Shown here: in pieces, positions 16,960 through 26,111 of the stretch
Layout: each line of letters begins with the position of its first letter
Position numbering within the stretch: the first letter of the stretch is position 1
DNA from: an uncultured Candidatus Saccharibacteria bacterium
GTDB taxonomy: Bacteria > Patescibacteriota > UBA1384 > 2-12-FULL-50-11 > DASWYB01
Assembly (NCBI GenBank): GCA_964372935.1
Contig: CAYJRF010000006.1
Location: forward strand, 1-41,592
Length of the DNA stretch: 41,592 bases
Direction: 5' to 3'
Position numbers and translations under genes: made by a program
Notes under the pieces: model-generated
The model's input: the letters and a program-made list of their open reading frames with translations, nothing else
What the model was told of the DNA's origin: nothing
Databases searched by the model: none

Positions 16960-17046
16960 GGATCATGGCGCGCTTGACAGGCGTCTTGAGACCGCGTTAC
17001 GATGAAAGCGCATTGTGGCGCGCGAGCCGAACATAAAGGAGGGTAC

Positions 17047-18081
17047 GTGGGTATACTGAAGGTTCCCATAGACCAGTTTTTGCCGCTAACGGAAGTAAGA
17101 GACAATTTTTCTTCGATCATCGATCGCCTCTCCTCGTCGGACGATCCGAGCGATTTGTATGTCGTGACTCAAGATGGCAAGCCGTCAGCGGCGATTGTCA
17201 GCATCGACGCTCTTGTCCAATTAATGAAAAAGACCCCGACAGCTCATCGCGCGACGCCACCGTCAGACGACCTTGATGATCGCCCGAATACCGACTCTCA
17301 AAGAAGCCTCATATCGCGATTTGCCACCACCGATTTGCCTCTTACGCCCAGGCCGGAGATCACCCCCAGACTAGCGAGCGTTGTTCCTCCACCGCCAGTG
17401 GCGCTTTCGCCAGCAGACAAATCGCCCGCTTCGCCCGTTACGCCTGGCGTGCCGACACCGCGAGGATACGACTCGCCGGTCCCGGCCGTCAGTTTGCCGA
17501 TTGCCCCCATCGCGCCCGCGCCGATAATTAAACCGCTCCCCGACGGCCCGGCGGCTGTCGAGCCGCCCCGAACATCCACGCCCATGCCGGCTCCCCCGCC
17601 GCCGACGCCCAGTCCGCCGGTGGGGCCATTGCCCAGCCCGCCGCCACCACCCGTCTTCAGACCACCGGCGCCGTTGGCCCCGTCGACGTTTAAACCTACG
17701 CCCGCGCCACCGCCAGATCGACCACCGCTCGCCTTTCACGACAGACCGAATACTCCACCAGTTGTTATCCCAAGCCCCACGCCGTCAATACCGGCGGTAA
17801 TTAAGCCGCAAAGCCCCCCGCCGCCCAGCCCGCCGCCCAACCCACCCAAAATATCGCCCCCTAATTCACCGCCGATTATCCCCGGACCAACTTCCTCGCC
17901 GCCAGCGCCGCAGTTTCCACCGTCGGTAGCGGCCAAGCCGTTGCCGGCCACGCCCGCGCCAAGCCCAACGCCCGCCGAACCGCCAAGCGCCAACCCCGCC
18001 GTTAATGCCGCCGCCGCGGCCTCGTTGAGCGCCCTAAAAACTACTCCCGCCGGCGCCGTAAAAGATATGGATATCGATTAG
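17047..18081 (+). CDS. Phd/YefM antitoxin-like N-terminal domain fused to a long proline-rich disordered tail
   Basis: GTG start at 17047 after an AAGGAGG SD. LPLTEVRDNFSSIIDRL...YVVTQDGKPSAAIVS is the Phd pattern, followed by ~270 aa of Pro-rich sequence. TTGACA-N18-TACGAT promoter at 16974-17003. Confidence 0.72.
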   Translation: MGILKVPIDQFLPLTEVRDNFSSIIDRLSSSDDPSDLYVVTQDGKPSAAIVSIDALVQLMKKTPTAHRATPPSDDLDDRPNTDSQRSLISRFATTDLPLTPRPEITPRLASVVPPPPVALSPADKSPASPVTPGVPTPRGYDSPVPAVSLPIAPIAPAPIIKPLPDGPAAVEPPRTSTPMPAPPPPTPSPPVGPLPSPPPPPVFRPPAPLAPSTFKPTPAPPPDRPPLAFHDRPNTPPVVIPSPTPSIPAVIKPQSPPPPSPPPNPPKISPPNSPPIIPGPTSSPPAPQFPPSVAAKPLPATPAPSPTPAEPPSANPAVNAAAAASLSALKTTPAGAVKDMDID

Positions 18082-18132
18082 AAATCGTATCTTTCGATTG
18101 TGAGTCAGCCCCGAATGGCTCCAGCGTTTTAA

Positions 18133-18717
18133 CTATGCCAGATGGAAACGTCGCGCCAAACCAATCAACGGTCGCCATAATCGCTCGGCGAGCTTGTTAT
18201 GCGTTCGACTAACAAGTAAGGCAACAAGAAAACCGTCCACAAAACCAACAAAGATATCGCTGGGGTAATGGACCGCCACCGCCACGCGAGCGACGCTCAC
18301 GGCGAGCGCCAGGGCCAACAGCCACCACCCCGCCCGACGACTGCCGTTTTGGTGCAATAAAAAGAACAGCGCGACACCGGCCAGAAAGGCGGCGTGATCG
18401 GACGGAAAAGAATTTTCTGGCCGCTCGAACAACAACTCTTTAATCGGCAAGGTCGAAGTTGGGCGCGGATGGAAGTAGAGTTGTTTCCAAATCGGGCCCA
18501 GTCCCCACCACGCCACCAAACCACTGGCGGTGGCGGAAAGAATTTTTTCCCGTTGACGCTGGCCAGCCACGTACCACCATCCCACCCAAACGATCGGGAT
18601 GGCATAGACGCCGTACAACGCCAGGGCACGCGCGAGTCCGGCCAACCACGGGTGAGCGGCGACGATGGAGTTCAAGACCACCACGACCAGTTCGTCACGG
18701 ACAATTAAATAGCCCAT
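18133..18717 (-). CDS. PAP2 family phosphatase (BcrC-like undecaprenyl-diphosphatase)
   Basis: K......RP, NSFPSDH and ARVAVAVHYPSD are the three PAP2 motifs. Confidence 0.9.
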   Translation of the reverse strand: MGYLIVRDELVVVVLNSIVAAHPWLAGLARALALYGVYAIPIVWVGWWYVAGQRQREKILSATASGLVAWWGLGPIWKQLYFHPRPTSTLPIKELLFERPENSFPSDHAAFLAGVALFFLLHQNGSRRAGWWLLALALAVSVARVAVAVHYPSDIFVGFVDGFLVALLVSRTHNKLAERLWRPLIGLARRFHLA

Positions 18718-18802
18718 TTCGGTCAGTATAGCGACGAATCACCCAAACAGAAAGAGCCATATCGACATTGCAAATTATCGCCAGCGTCGTACAATAATTA
18801 GC

Positions 18803-19807
18803 ATGACACTGGAACGATCCGTAAGACAGTTTTTGGAGCATTTGGAAATTCAAGAGGGCAAAAGTCGTCTGACATTGCGAAATTACGATCACTACCTCCG
18901 AACATTCATCACTTTTTGCGCCCCCAAAATTACCACTCCAGAGAATATTACGCTTGAGACGGTTCGATTGTATCGCCTGTGGTTAAATCAGCCGCGCAAA
19001 CTCCCCAGCCGACGCGATTATGTCGAACGCGGACGCAAGACCCAAAATTATTACTTAATCGCCCTGCGCGCGTGGCTGAAGTACTTAAGCGCCCAAAACG
19101 TTGCCACCCTCCAGCCAGACAAAATTGTTTTGGCGAAAGTTGCCGACCGAGAGATTGGTTTTCTTGAACCGGAAGAGATCGATCGGATCGTGGCCCAGCC
19201 GGATTCGACCACCCTCCAAGGACAGCGAGACAAGGCGATCCTGGAGTTGCTATTTTCTACCGGTCTGCGTCTGGGCGAACTGACCAGCCTGAACCGCCTC
19301 GATATCCAGCTAAAAACAGGTGAATTTCGGATTCGCGGCAAAGGGGGCCATCTCCGCGTGGTTTTTTTGTCTCCGTCGGCCACCTCGGCCCTATCAAACT
19401 ATCTAAAGAGGCGACGCGATCACGACCCGGCTCTATTTATCCGCACTCAAGACAATCAATTTGAGGCAAAGATAGACCAAGCGCCGCCCGACGGCGATGC
19501 AACCGACCGAAGACTAGCCGTGCGATCAGTCCAGCGGCTAGTCCAAAAATATGCCCGCGAAGCCGGGATTGCCAAAAAAGTTACCCCGCACGTGTTTCGC
19601 CACAGTTTCGCCACCGACTTGCTCCAAAACGGCGCCGATCTCCGCTCGGTTCAAGAATTGCTCGGCCATCGTTCGGTGACGACGACCCAAATTTACACCC
19701 ATGTGACTAATCCCCAACTTCAAGAAGTTCATCGCGCCTTCCACGCCCGACGTCGGCCAATAAAACCGCTTGACGACACCCCAGAAGCGCCCCCGTCCGC
19801 GCGGTAG
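18803..19807 (+). CDS. Tyrosine recombinase, XerC/XerD family
   Basis: SAM-like N-domain; RDKAILELLFSTGLR, GKG, TPHVFRHSFAT, VQELLGH and TTQIYTH give the complete R-K-H-R-H-Y set. No IntI-type insertion is recognisable. Confidence 0.93.
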   Translation: MTLERSVRQFLEHLEIQEGKSRLTLRNYDHYLRTFITFCAPKITTPENITLETVRLYRLWLNQPRKLPSRRDYVERGRKTQNYYLIALRAWLKYLSAQNVATLQPDKIVLAKVADREIGFLEPEEIDRIVAQPDSTTLQGQRDKAILELLFSTGLRLGELTSLNRLDIQLKTGEFRIRGKGGHLRVVFLSPSATSALSNYLKRRRDHDPALFIRTQDNQFEAKIDQAPPDGDATDRRLAVRSVQRLVQKYAREAGIAKKVTPHVFRHSFATDLLQNGADLRSVQELLGHRSVTTTQIYTHVTNPQLQEVHRAFHARRRPIKPLDDTPEAPPSAR

Positions 19808-19820
19808 GGCGAGACTTGTC

Positions 19821-20072
19821 TTACGCCTCCAGCCCCAGTTGAGCCGCGAGCTCCGTCGGATTATATCCCACGACCACCGCTTCATCGGCGCCCGGGTTAA
19901 TCACCACCACCGGCGTGGCCGCCTGTCCAGATTTGGCGATCATCTCATGTTGTTTCGCCAAGTCGGTGGAGACGTCTATGTCCTGATAGGCAACGTGGTG
20001 ACTTAAAAAAAACTGACGCGTGCGAGTACACCATTCGCAAGTCGGCGTGCCATAGAGCAACACTTTAGACAC
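19821..20072 (-). CDS. Glutaredoxin / NrdH-like redoxin
   Basis: GTG start at 20072: VSKVLLYGTPTCEWC...SGQAATPVVVI...VVGYN. Confidence 0.85.
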   Translation of the reverse strand: MSKVLLYGTPTCEWCTRTRQFFLSHHVAYQDIDVSTDLAKQHEMIAKSGQAATPVVVINPGADEAVVVGYNPTELAAQLGLEA

Positions 20073-20076
20073 GGCG

Positions 20077-20502
20077 TTACTTGGTTTGGGACGGCGCGCC
20101 CTCGGCCAGACAGGCGCGAATATCTCCCACGATCTTATCCAAACGGTGATCGGCTTTAACGTAGTACTTTTTAATCCCCAGTTGGAGATATTTTTCGACT
20201 TTTTGGGCGCTGGCGGTATTCGACACCACAAAAATCGGAATTGACCGAAAACGTTTAACCCTCTTGAGACGCATCACGAAATCAACTCCGTCTTCATCGC
20301 CCAAGAGGTAATGATCCAGCCAAACGACCGAGACATTCTCGGCGCCCTGAAGCTGACGCATGGCTTCCTCGACCGATTGCGCCGTCAACGTTTTGAAACC
20401 GTTAAGTTCCAGTTTGTGGTGAATCGCCTCTAGCAAGGCCGCGTCGTCCTCAACAATGAGCACAACGTGATCGTGATCTTTGACTGTTTGAGATCTCGTC
20501 AT
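20077..20502 (-). CDS. Single-domain response regulator (receiver)
   Basis: VLIVEDD, WLD (phosphoacceptor), VVSN and YVK; no output domain. Confidence 0.9.
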   Translation of the reverse strand: MTRSQTVKDHDHVVLIVEDDAALLEAIHHKLELNGFKTLTAQSVEEAMRQLQGAENVSVVWLDHYLLGDEDGVDFVMRLKRVKRFRSIPIFVVSNTASAQKVEKYLQLGIKKYYVKADHRLDKIVGDIRACLAEGAPSQTK

Positions 20503-20517
20503 CTTTTTGTCTCCGCT

Positions 20518-22344
20518 TTAAGTGAGCTCCTTGGTCCCTTCCTTTGATATCATGCCGGTGAGCGGCAACCGGACTCTAAAAGTCGTCCCTTTATTTTCTC
20601 GCGAGGTAAACGTAATCGTCCCCTTAGACTGATCGACGATCGACTTCACCACATAAAGGCCCAGTCCGGTCCCTTCGGTCTCCTTCCGTTTGATATTATC
20701 GGCTCGAAAAAGCTTTGTAAACACCTTGTCCTGCTGGGATTGAGGAATTCCGTAACCGGTATCCGATACCACAATCATCAGATCAGCCGGCGGCTTACCG
20801 CGCCCGGATTTTGCGGATGATACGGCGATTTTGAGGGTTACGACGCCTCTTTCGTGGCTGTACTTAATGGCGTTGGACAGAAGATTTTGAAACACAATCC
20901 GCATCAATTTAGGATCAACCGACACAAGCGGGATGTTTGCGGCGTTGCTCTCGCGGATTTTGACCTTCTGTTGCAACAAAAGAGGTTTAAGCTCGTCGAT
21001 TTCGGATTTGGCCATGGCGACAATGTCGGTCGGCGACGGCTCAACCGCGAACGTTCCCAAATCAATCCGCGACACGTTAAGCAAGGCGTTAACCAGCTCG
21101 ACCATGCGCTGATTGCCCCGATATATTTCATTGAGATAGGAGCGTTGCGGCTTGGTCACCTTACCGGCGTCACCGGCAAGGAGCATTTCGGCGTACCAGT
21201 TGATGGTCGAAAGCGGCGTTCTAAGTTGGTGCGAAGCGAGTGAGACAAATTCCGTTTTCGCGCGATCAATTTCCATTTCCTTGGTTATATCGCGAAATAT
21301 CAGGATCGCCCCTTCGGTGCGACGATTGAGGACTACCGGCGTGATCGTGATGTGGACGGGGATAGGGCTACCTGTTTTACCCAACCGAGGCAAGTGGTAG
21401 CGACCGGTAATTTTAACTCCCCGATCAAGAACCCGTCGCATCGGCTGTTGTTCGGGGGCAATCAACTTTTTATGTTCATCATAAAGCGGCCCGCCGGCGC
21501 CCCAATCCAGACCGATCAGACCGCCGGTCTCTCGCCCGAACATTCTTTCGGCTTGACGGTTGGCCAAAATTATTTTCCCCTTTGGATCCGTGGCCACGAG
21601 ACCATCGCCAATACTGCTCAACAGCGCCTCGTCTTTCGCTCTGGCGGCTTCCAGTTTGAGTTTTTCGGCGTTGAGTTGTTCCACGTTGGCGGTTAAGGCG
21701 GTTGTTTTAGTCGTCAGAGCGCTAATAAAATTGCGCGTCTGCATGATGTTGCGCGCCACCAGCACCACCCCCTCGGCGGAATGTCGGCCATGTCGCGCCA
21801 GCGGCGCCGCGACGAGAGACACCGGCACCTGCCGTCCGGTTAAAGCAACCAAATTAGCTTCAAAAAAACCGATCTGTTTTTTTTCTGTCAGAGCCCGTTC
21901 GATCATCTCTTCGCGAAACAGGCGATACATCTTCGCCGACGAAAAGAGCCGCCCCAGTTTTTGGGGGCGATCATCGGTTTGGTCATACCCGAGCATTTTT
22001 TTCGCCGATCGGTTCATCAAAACTATCTCTTCGGCGCGGTTGACAACAATGACTCCATCCTGCTCAATATCCAGGAGTGTCCGCCCAGCCGCCCCTGTCG
22101 TGTCACCGGCCAGTTTTTGCCATACTATCGCCACAACAATCGCCAAGCTCGAGACATAGACAATCAGCCAACTTGGGGCGATCAGACTAAGCCATATCGT
22201 CGCTCCGGCTTGGAACAATACAAAGACCGCGGCCAGCCGCCGCGTTGGCGCCGCCATGGCAACCAGCGCCATGGCGAACACGGCGACCAACCACGAGAAA
22301 ACGAAAGCCCAAAGAGCAAATAGACTATCCATAACTAGCGACAC
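20518..22344 (-). CDS. Membrane sensor histidine kinase with two PAS domains
   Basis: N-terminal TMs, two PAS-like segments, H-box EFVSLASHQLRTPL, N-box NLLSNAIKY, DTGYGI and GTGLGL. Alternative start is ATG 22332. Confidence 0.93.
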   Translation of the reverse strand: MSLVMDSLFALWAFVFSWLVAVFAMALVAMAAPTRRLAAVFVLFQAGATIWLSLIAPSWLIVYVSSLAIVVAIVWQKLAGDTTGAAGRTLLDIEQDGVIVVNRAEEIVLMNRSAKKMLGYDQTDDRPQKLGRLFSSAKMYRLFREEMIERALTEKKQIGFFEANLVALTGRQVPVSLVAAPLARHGRHSAEGVVLVARNIMQTRNFISALTTKTTALTANVEQLNAEKLKLEAARAKDEALLSSIGDGLVATDPKGKIILANRQAERMFGRETGGLIGLDWGAGGPLYDEHKKLIAPEQQPMRRVLDRGVKITGRYHLPRLGKTGSPIPVHITITPVVLNRRTEGAILIFRDITKEMEIDRAKTEFVSLASHQLRTPLSTINWYAEMLLAGDAGKVTKPQRSYLNEIYRGNQRMVELVNALLNVSRIDLGTFAVEPSPTDIVAMAKSEIDELKPLLLQQKVKIRESNAANIPLVSVDPKLMRIVFQNLLSNAIKYSHERGVVTLKIAVSSAKSGRGKPPADLMIVVSDTGYGIPQSQQDKVFTKLFRADNIKRKETEGTGLGLYVVKSIVDQSKGTITFTSRENKGTTFRVRLPLTGMISKEGTKELT

Positions 22345-22414
22345 TCAACGGCCGGGCGCGTCGAGACCGTCTCAATCCACGCCCGAACCCTGCGGAGTCA
22401 ACCAGCGCTAAAGC

Positions 22415-22867
22415 TTAACGAGTCGCCTGAATCGTGCCGTTCTCGGCCAGCGTGGCGGTTACGGTAATGCGATTGTTCGCGGTCTTAAGAATCGTGTACC
22501 CTGTCCCGGCCACGGTGGCGGGTTCCAACGGATCGATCGGGAACGACGGGATATACGTCGAGTTAGCCGTGAGATCGGAAAGATCAATGAAGCCGGTGCA
22601 GTCGGCAGCGCCGGTGCGACAGATATCCTGGGCGGTAGTGGTCAAAGCGCCCGGACCCGGGAAAGTGCCGTTGTCGATATTGTACTGGTAGACGGCGTTC
22701 AGAACGGTGTTGATGTCCACCTTGCGTTGAGCGTCGCGGGTCAGCTTGAGCTGACGGCTCGGATTGATGGCAAAGACGACAATGCCGGCCAAGATTGCCA
22801 GAGCGGCAACCACGAGAAGGATCTCTAAAAGAGTAAACCCTTTTTGAGATCGCGCGAGTCTGTTCAT
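22415..22867 (-). CDS. Type IV pilin (probable major pilin)
   Basis: Prepilin motif KG|FTLLEILLVV, AINP...RDAQRKVD, a C-x4-C pair and a strong AAAGGAGG SD. Confidence 0.88.
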   Translation of the reverse strand: MNRLARSQKGFTLLEILLVVAALAILAGIVVFAINPSRQLKLTRDAQRKVDINTVLNAVYQYNIDNGTFPGPGALTTTAQDICRTGAADCTGFIDLSDLTANSTYIPSFPIDPLEPATVAGTGYTILKTANNRITVTATLAENGTIQATR

Positions 22868-22919
22868 AGGACCTCCTTTTGAAACTATCTAACTTTACTA
22901 TGACACCACCAAACGGAAA

Positions 22920-23309
22920 TTAAAAGCTCGCCACTTCCCGCCAGCTGGCCACTCGGATGCTCGGTGCCAATCGGTCAAGAGTGATACTGACGCGCTGTGT
23001 CGTCGTCGCCGCCTTGCCGGTGGACTGAATAAGGCGGGTGTTCCCACCGGTATTGGCCACCGTGTAGCCGCACGTCCCTTCGGGAAACGCCAGATTAACC
23101 GCGCCGGTAAAGAGCGGATTGTTATGAACCTGACGCAAGGCGTCCTCGGCGCAGGCCGAGGCGAACAATCTGGCCTGAATACCATGACCTAAGGTCGAAC
23201 TGGTCTGGGTCGCCGCCAGGCCCCAGATAAGCAATGACGTCGTCATAGTTAAACCGACCGCCGTCGCCGTGAGGACTGTGATGAGAGCGATATATCCTCG
23301 AAAACGCAT
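22920..23309 (-). CDS. Minor pilin, PilX-like
   Basis: RG|YIALITVL lacks Glu5, as in PilX/GspK. Also A...A.ACAEDAL and a C-terminal SWREV. Confidence 0.75.
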   Translation of the reverse strand: MRFRGYIALITVLTATAVGLTMTTSLLIWGLAATQTSSTLGHGIQARLFASACAEDALRQVHNNPLFTGAVNLAFPEGTCGYTVANTGGNTRLIQSTGKAATTTQRVSITLDRLAPSIRVASWREVASF

Positions 23310-23310
23310 C

Positions 23311-23829
23311 TTATTGCCGCAGGGACGCCGTGGTCGCAAACCGGCGGCTAAAATTCAGCTCGGAGCGGCCGGTGGCATTCACCGCCGAGACAGTATATTC
23401 GACTCGAATGGCTCCCAAAGACGAGGCCGGAGTGGCGTTGTTAAAACGGAGGTTAGTCACGGCAACGCGATTGTTAACAATTTCAACGGGAGAACCAGCG
23501 CCAACACTCATCCGCAGAGTCGGTCCCGATAGATTGACCACTGTCGGGCTAACCGCGCTATCGGCAAACGTTAAGGTCAGGCTGGCGCCGGCCGTTCCAG
23601 CCGTTGGGCTGACAATTCCGTTGGCTCCTCGGATCGCTCGAGAGATTATCCCCAAAGCGGCCATGCCGTTTTGCTCCACTTCGGCAATTGCTTGGTTTTT
23701 CGCTCGATCTTGAAGCATTATCCCCACAAATCCCGACGCGCTCAAGGCGATAATCGCCACCAATCCGACATAAAGGAGCAACTCCAAGAGGGTGAAGGCC
23801 GATAGTCGGTTTGAGGGTTGCCGCATCAT
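23311..23829 (-). CDS. Minor pilin, PilW-like
   Basis: A|FTLLELLLYVGLVAII prepilin motif. Confidence 0.78.
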   Translation of the reverse strand: MMRQPSNRLSAFTLLELLLYVGLVAIIALSASGFVGIMLQDRAKNQAIAEVEQNGMAALGIISRAIRGANGIVSPTAGTAGASLTLTFADSAVSPTVVNLSGPTLRMSVGAGSPVEIVNNRVAVTNLRFNNATPASSLGAIRVEYTVSAVNATGRSELNFSRRFATTASLRQ

Positions 23830-25643
23830 GACGCCGGTCCGTCCCAGGCAAAATCGTACCAATAGGCCTCGTCGAGAACCCCTTGGCCCGGATGCGCGCT
23901 AAAGGCTCGACCCGGCGGGGTGGCGTAGCTTGCGTCGCTGTCCCCGTTCCACTCCACGGTAGCAAGGTTCTGGCTCGTGTCGGCAATCACGATCATGGCG
24001 TCGTTATTGCTCGGATCGGACACGACCCGGGCCGTCTCCACCGCCGCGCCCATCGGCGGCAGGGAAGTGGCCGCGGCGTCCCACGATTGACTTGAACCAA
24101 TAAAGCGTTTCAACTTCGCCGCCGGCGTCGTGTCGGCGTAAACCCCAACGGCTTTGGCGCCAACCGTCAGTCCGAACCCAACGTCAAAGCTGGCTTGAAC
24201 GCCCGCGTCGGTGGTCGGGGCGAGAGTATTGTTGGCCGGCACCGTTAGAGTCGGATTATAAACCGAACCAGCCAGAGTGGCTACAATAGTATAGCAAACG
24301 ATCTTGGGCGGATTGGCCGTGTCTTTACCGCAGGTGGCAAACTCGTTGGCGTTCGGCCGACCGTCCACCGCCAACGATCCAAAATTGTTGGAGTTTCCCA
24401 AGGTTTGAACCGCGCCCGACCACGTCCCGCCACCGCCGTTGGCCGTCCACAACTTGGCCACGTAGTAACGATCCTTGTTTTTATTGCTATCGGTATAAAC
24501 CAACGCCCCCAAATTGACCGCTGTGGGGTTCCAGGCAAAATCAACTAAGCGTTGAGCGTTCGACGCGGCGGCCGTGGCGTGTTGAGTCGGACCAGCCCAG
24601 GCCGCGCCGTCAAAGTAATAGGTGCTGGTATCCGACGCGCTGTCGAGAATCGCCAACATCACCTCGTTGCTCCCCGGACGGGTCTGCGCCGCCATAAAGC
24701 GCGGCGTGGCGCCCAGGTTGGGCAAGCTAACCTCGCCACTCCACTGTCCCGTCCCCGAATTCCACAGGCGCATTTTGGGCAGATTGGAATTATCGGAGTA
24801 GAGAGCCAAAAAGCGGCCATCGCTAAGATAGGCGCCGGTAAAATTATTGGCGTCGAGAAGAGAACCGGCGCGCCAGCTGGAGAGGAGGGTAACATTGCCC
24901 CAGCCGCTCCCGTTAAAGACTTGGCCGTAGACATATTGATCTCGACCATCGTAATGGCGCGAAAGCAAGATTTTTTCCGTCGTGGTCGGGGCGGCGTAAA
25001 CTTGAGCGACATACAAAACTCGGTTCGTCGAGCCGACGTCAACATCGGCGGCGAGAGCGGCGGCACCCCAACTCCCCGCCGAGTCCAAGACGCGATACCG
25101 AACCGCGTCGGTCGTCGTGCCGCCGGATCCGTAAACCAGCATCCCGCCCCGCCTTGGCGGCGGTCCGGTGGGAGAGCGCCAGTTCGTCAACAGACTGGTC
25201 ATCGTGATCTGGCCGAGACGTTGGAGATTTTGGGGCCAGGTAACCGCCACCACGACGCGCTTTGTCATGCTGTCCGGAGAGGTAATGGTAATTTTACGGG
25301 TAAAATTGTCGGTAATATCTTGGGCGCCGCCAAAGGTCCACTGGCCGCCAGAGAGGATCAAACCGTATGTGCCGTCCGACAGGGCAAAATAGTTGCCGTC
25401 GCGAATGCTGCGCGCGGCTTCAACACCCTCCTCGGCCAACGCCGCGGCCCGAGACCGAGCCCCGGCAAGGGCGGTGCTTTCTTCGCCATATAACGACGCC
25501 ACCACAAAAACCGTTACGCTAAACGACAGAATCGCCCCGGCCATCAGGGCTTCCGTAACCGAAAATCCTCTCAACCGATGACGCCAACTTTGTTTCCGGC
25601 TGGCTCGATGAAATGGTTCGCGCCGCGTGTTCATCCCAGTCAC
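23826..25643 (-). CDS. Large minor pilin (PilV-like N-terminus) fused to a ~450-aa beta-rich domain; putative tip adhesin
   Basis: RG|FSVTEALMA, LAEEGVEAARSIRD, FTRKITI...VTW...LTNW pilin part, then repeated (F/W)(N/D)G..W motifs. Confidence 0.72.
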   Translation of the reverse strand: MTGMNTRREPFHRASRKQSWRHRLRGFSVTEALMAGAILSFSVTVFVVASLYGEESTALAGARSRAAALAEEGVEAARSIRDGNYFALSDGTYGLILSGGQWTFGGAQDITDNFTRKITITSPDSMTKRVVVAVTWPQNLQRLGQITMTSLLTNWRSPTGPPPRRGGMLVYGSGGTTTDAVRYRVLDSAGSWGAAALAADVDVGSTNRVLYVAQVYAAPTTTEKILLSRHYDGRDQYVYGQVFNGSGWGNVTLLSSWRAGSLLDANNFTGAYLSDGRFLALYSDNSNLPKMRLWNSGTGQWSGEVSLPNLGATPRFMAAQTRPGSNEVMLAILDSASDTSTYYFDGAAWAGPTQHATAAASNAQRLVDFAWNPTAVNLGALVYTDSNKNKDRYYVAKLWTANGGGGTWSGAVQTLGNSNNFGSLAVDGRPNANEFATCGKDTANPPKIVCYTIVATLAGSVYNPTLTVPANNTLAPTTDAGVQASFDVGFGLTVGAKAVGVYADTTPAAKLKRFIGSSQSWDAAATSLPPMGAAVETARVVSDPSNNDAMIVIADTSQNLATVEWNGDSDASYATPPGRAFSAHPGQGVLDEAYWYDFAWDGPAS

Positions 25644-25646
25644 GAA

Positions 25647-26111
25647 CTAATAGCTCACCACGCCAGCGGTGTTAACGGTCACGGAGCGTGTCTCGCCGCG
25701 CCGATTAGTCAGGATAAACGCTCCAGCGGTGAGCGGCGCGCCGCCGGACGTGGGCCCGCCGGCGATCTTAGTAAAGACCACCTCCCCCAGCGACCCGCCG
25801 CCAATGACAACGCTTAGCGATAAATCGGTTATCTCGTCAACGCTCGGATCGCGAGTCGCGAACGATGTCCCGCGAAATAGCACGACCTGTCCCGTCTGCA
25901 GACGCACGCCCCACTGGCTGTCGTCCTGTCCGCTTTGAGACAAGGTCTGGGCCCGTCTAACGGATTGCGCCACGCTCTGAGTTGCGACTTCCAAATCGTT
26001 CCGCGTCTGAAACGATTGATACACCGGAACCGAAACGCCAGCTAATATCGCCACAAGCGACACGGAAAGCATGATTTCCAGCAGGGAAAACCCCCGACAC
26101 CTTGCGGTCAT
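25647..26111 (-). CDS. Minor pilin, FimT/FimU-like
   Basis: RG|FSLLEIMLSV, RRAQTLS, WGV and VTVNTAGVV. Confidence 0.8.
   Translation of the reverse strand: MTARCRGFSLLEIMLSVSLVAILAGVSVPVYQSFQTRNDLEVATQSVAQSVRRAQTLSQSGQDDSQWGVRLQTGQVVLFRGTSFATRDPSVDEITDLSLSVVIGGGSLGEVVFTKIAGGPTSGGAPLTAGAFILTNRRGETRSVTVNTAGVVSY

Noticed and set aside
14529..19807. Classical integron (attC sites plus IntI)
   Set aside because: The recombinase looks like XerC/D with no IntI-specific insertion. The palindromes have AAC/GTT internally rather than as terminal RYYYAAC/GTTRRRY boxes, and the cargo genes are not co-oriented.
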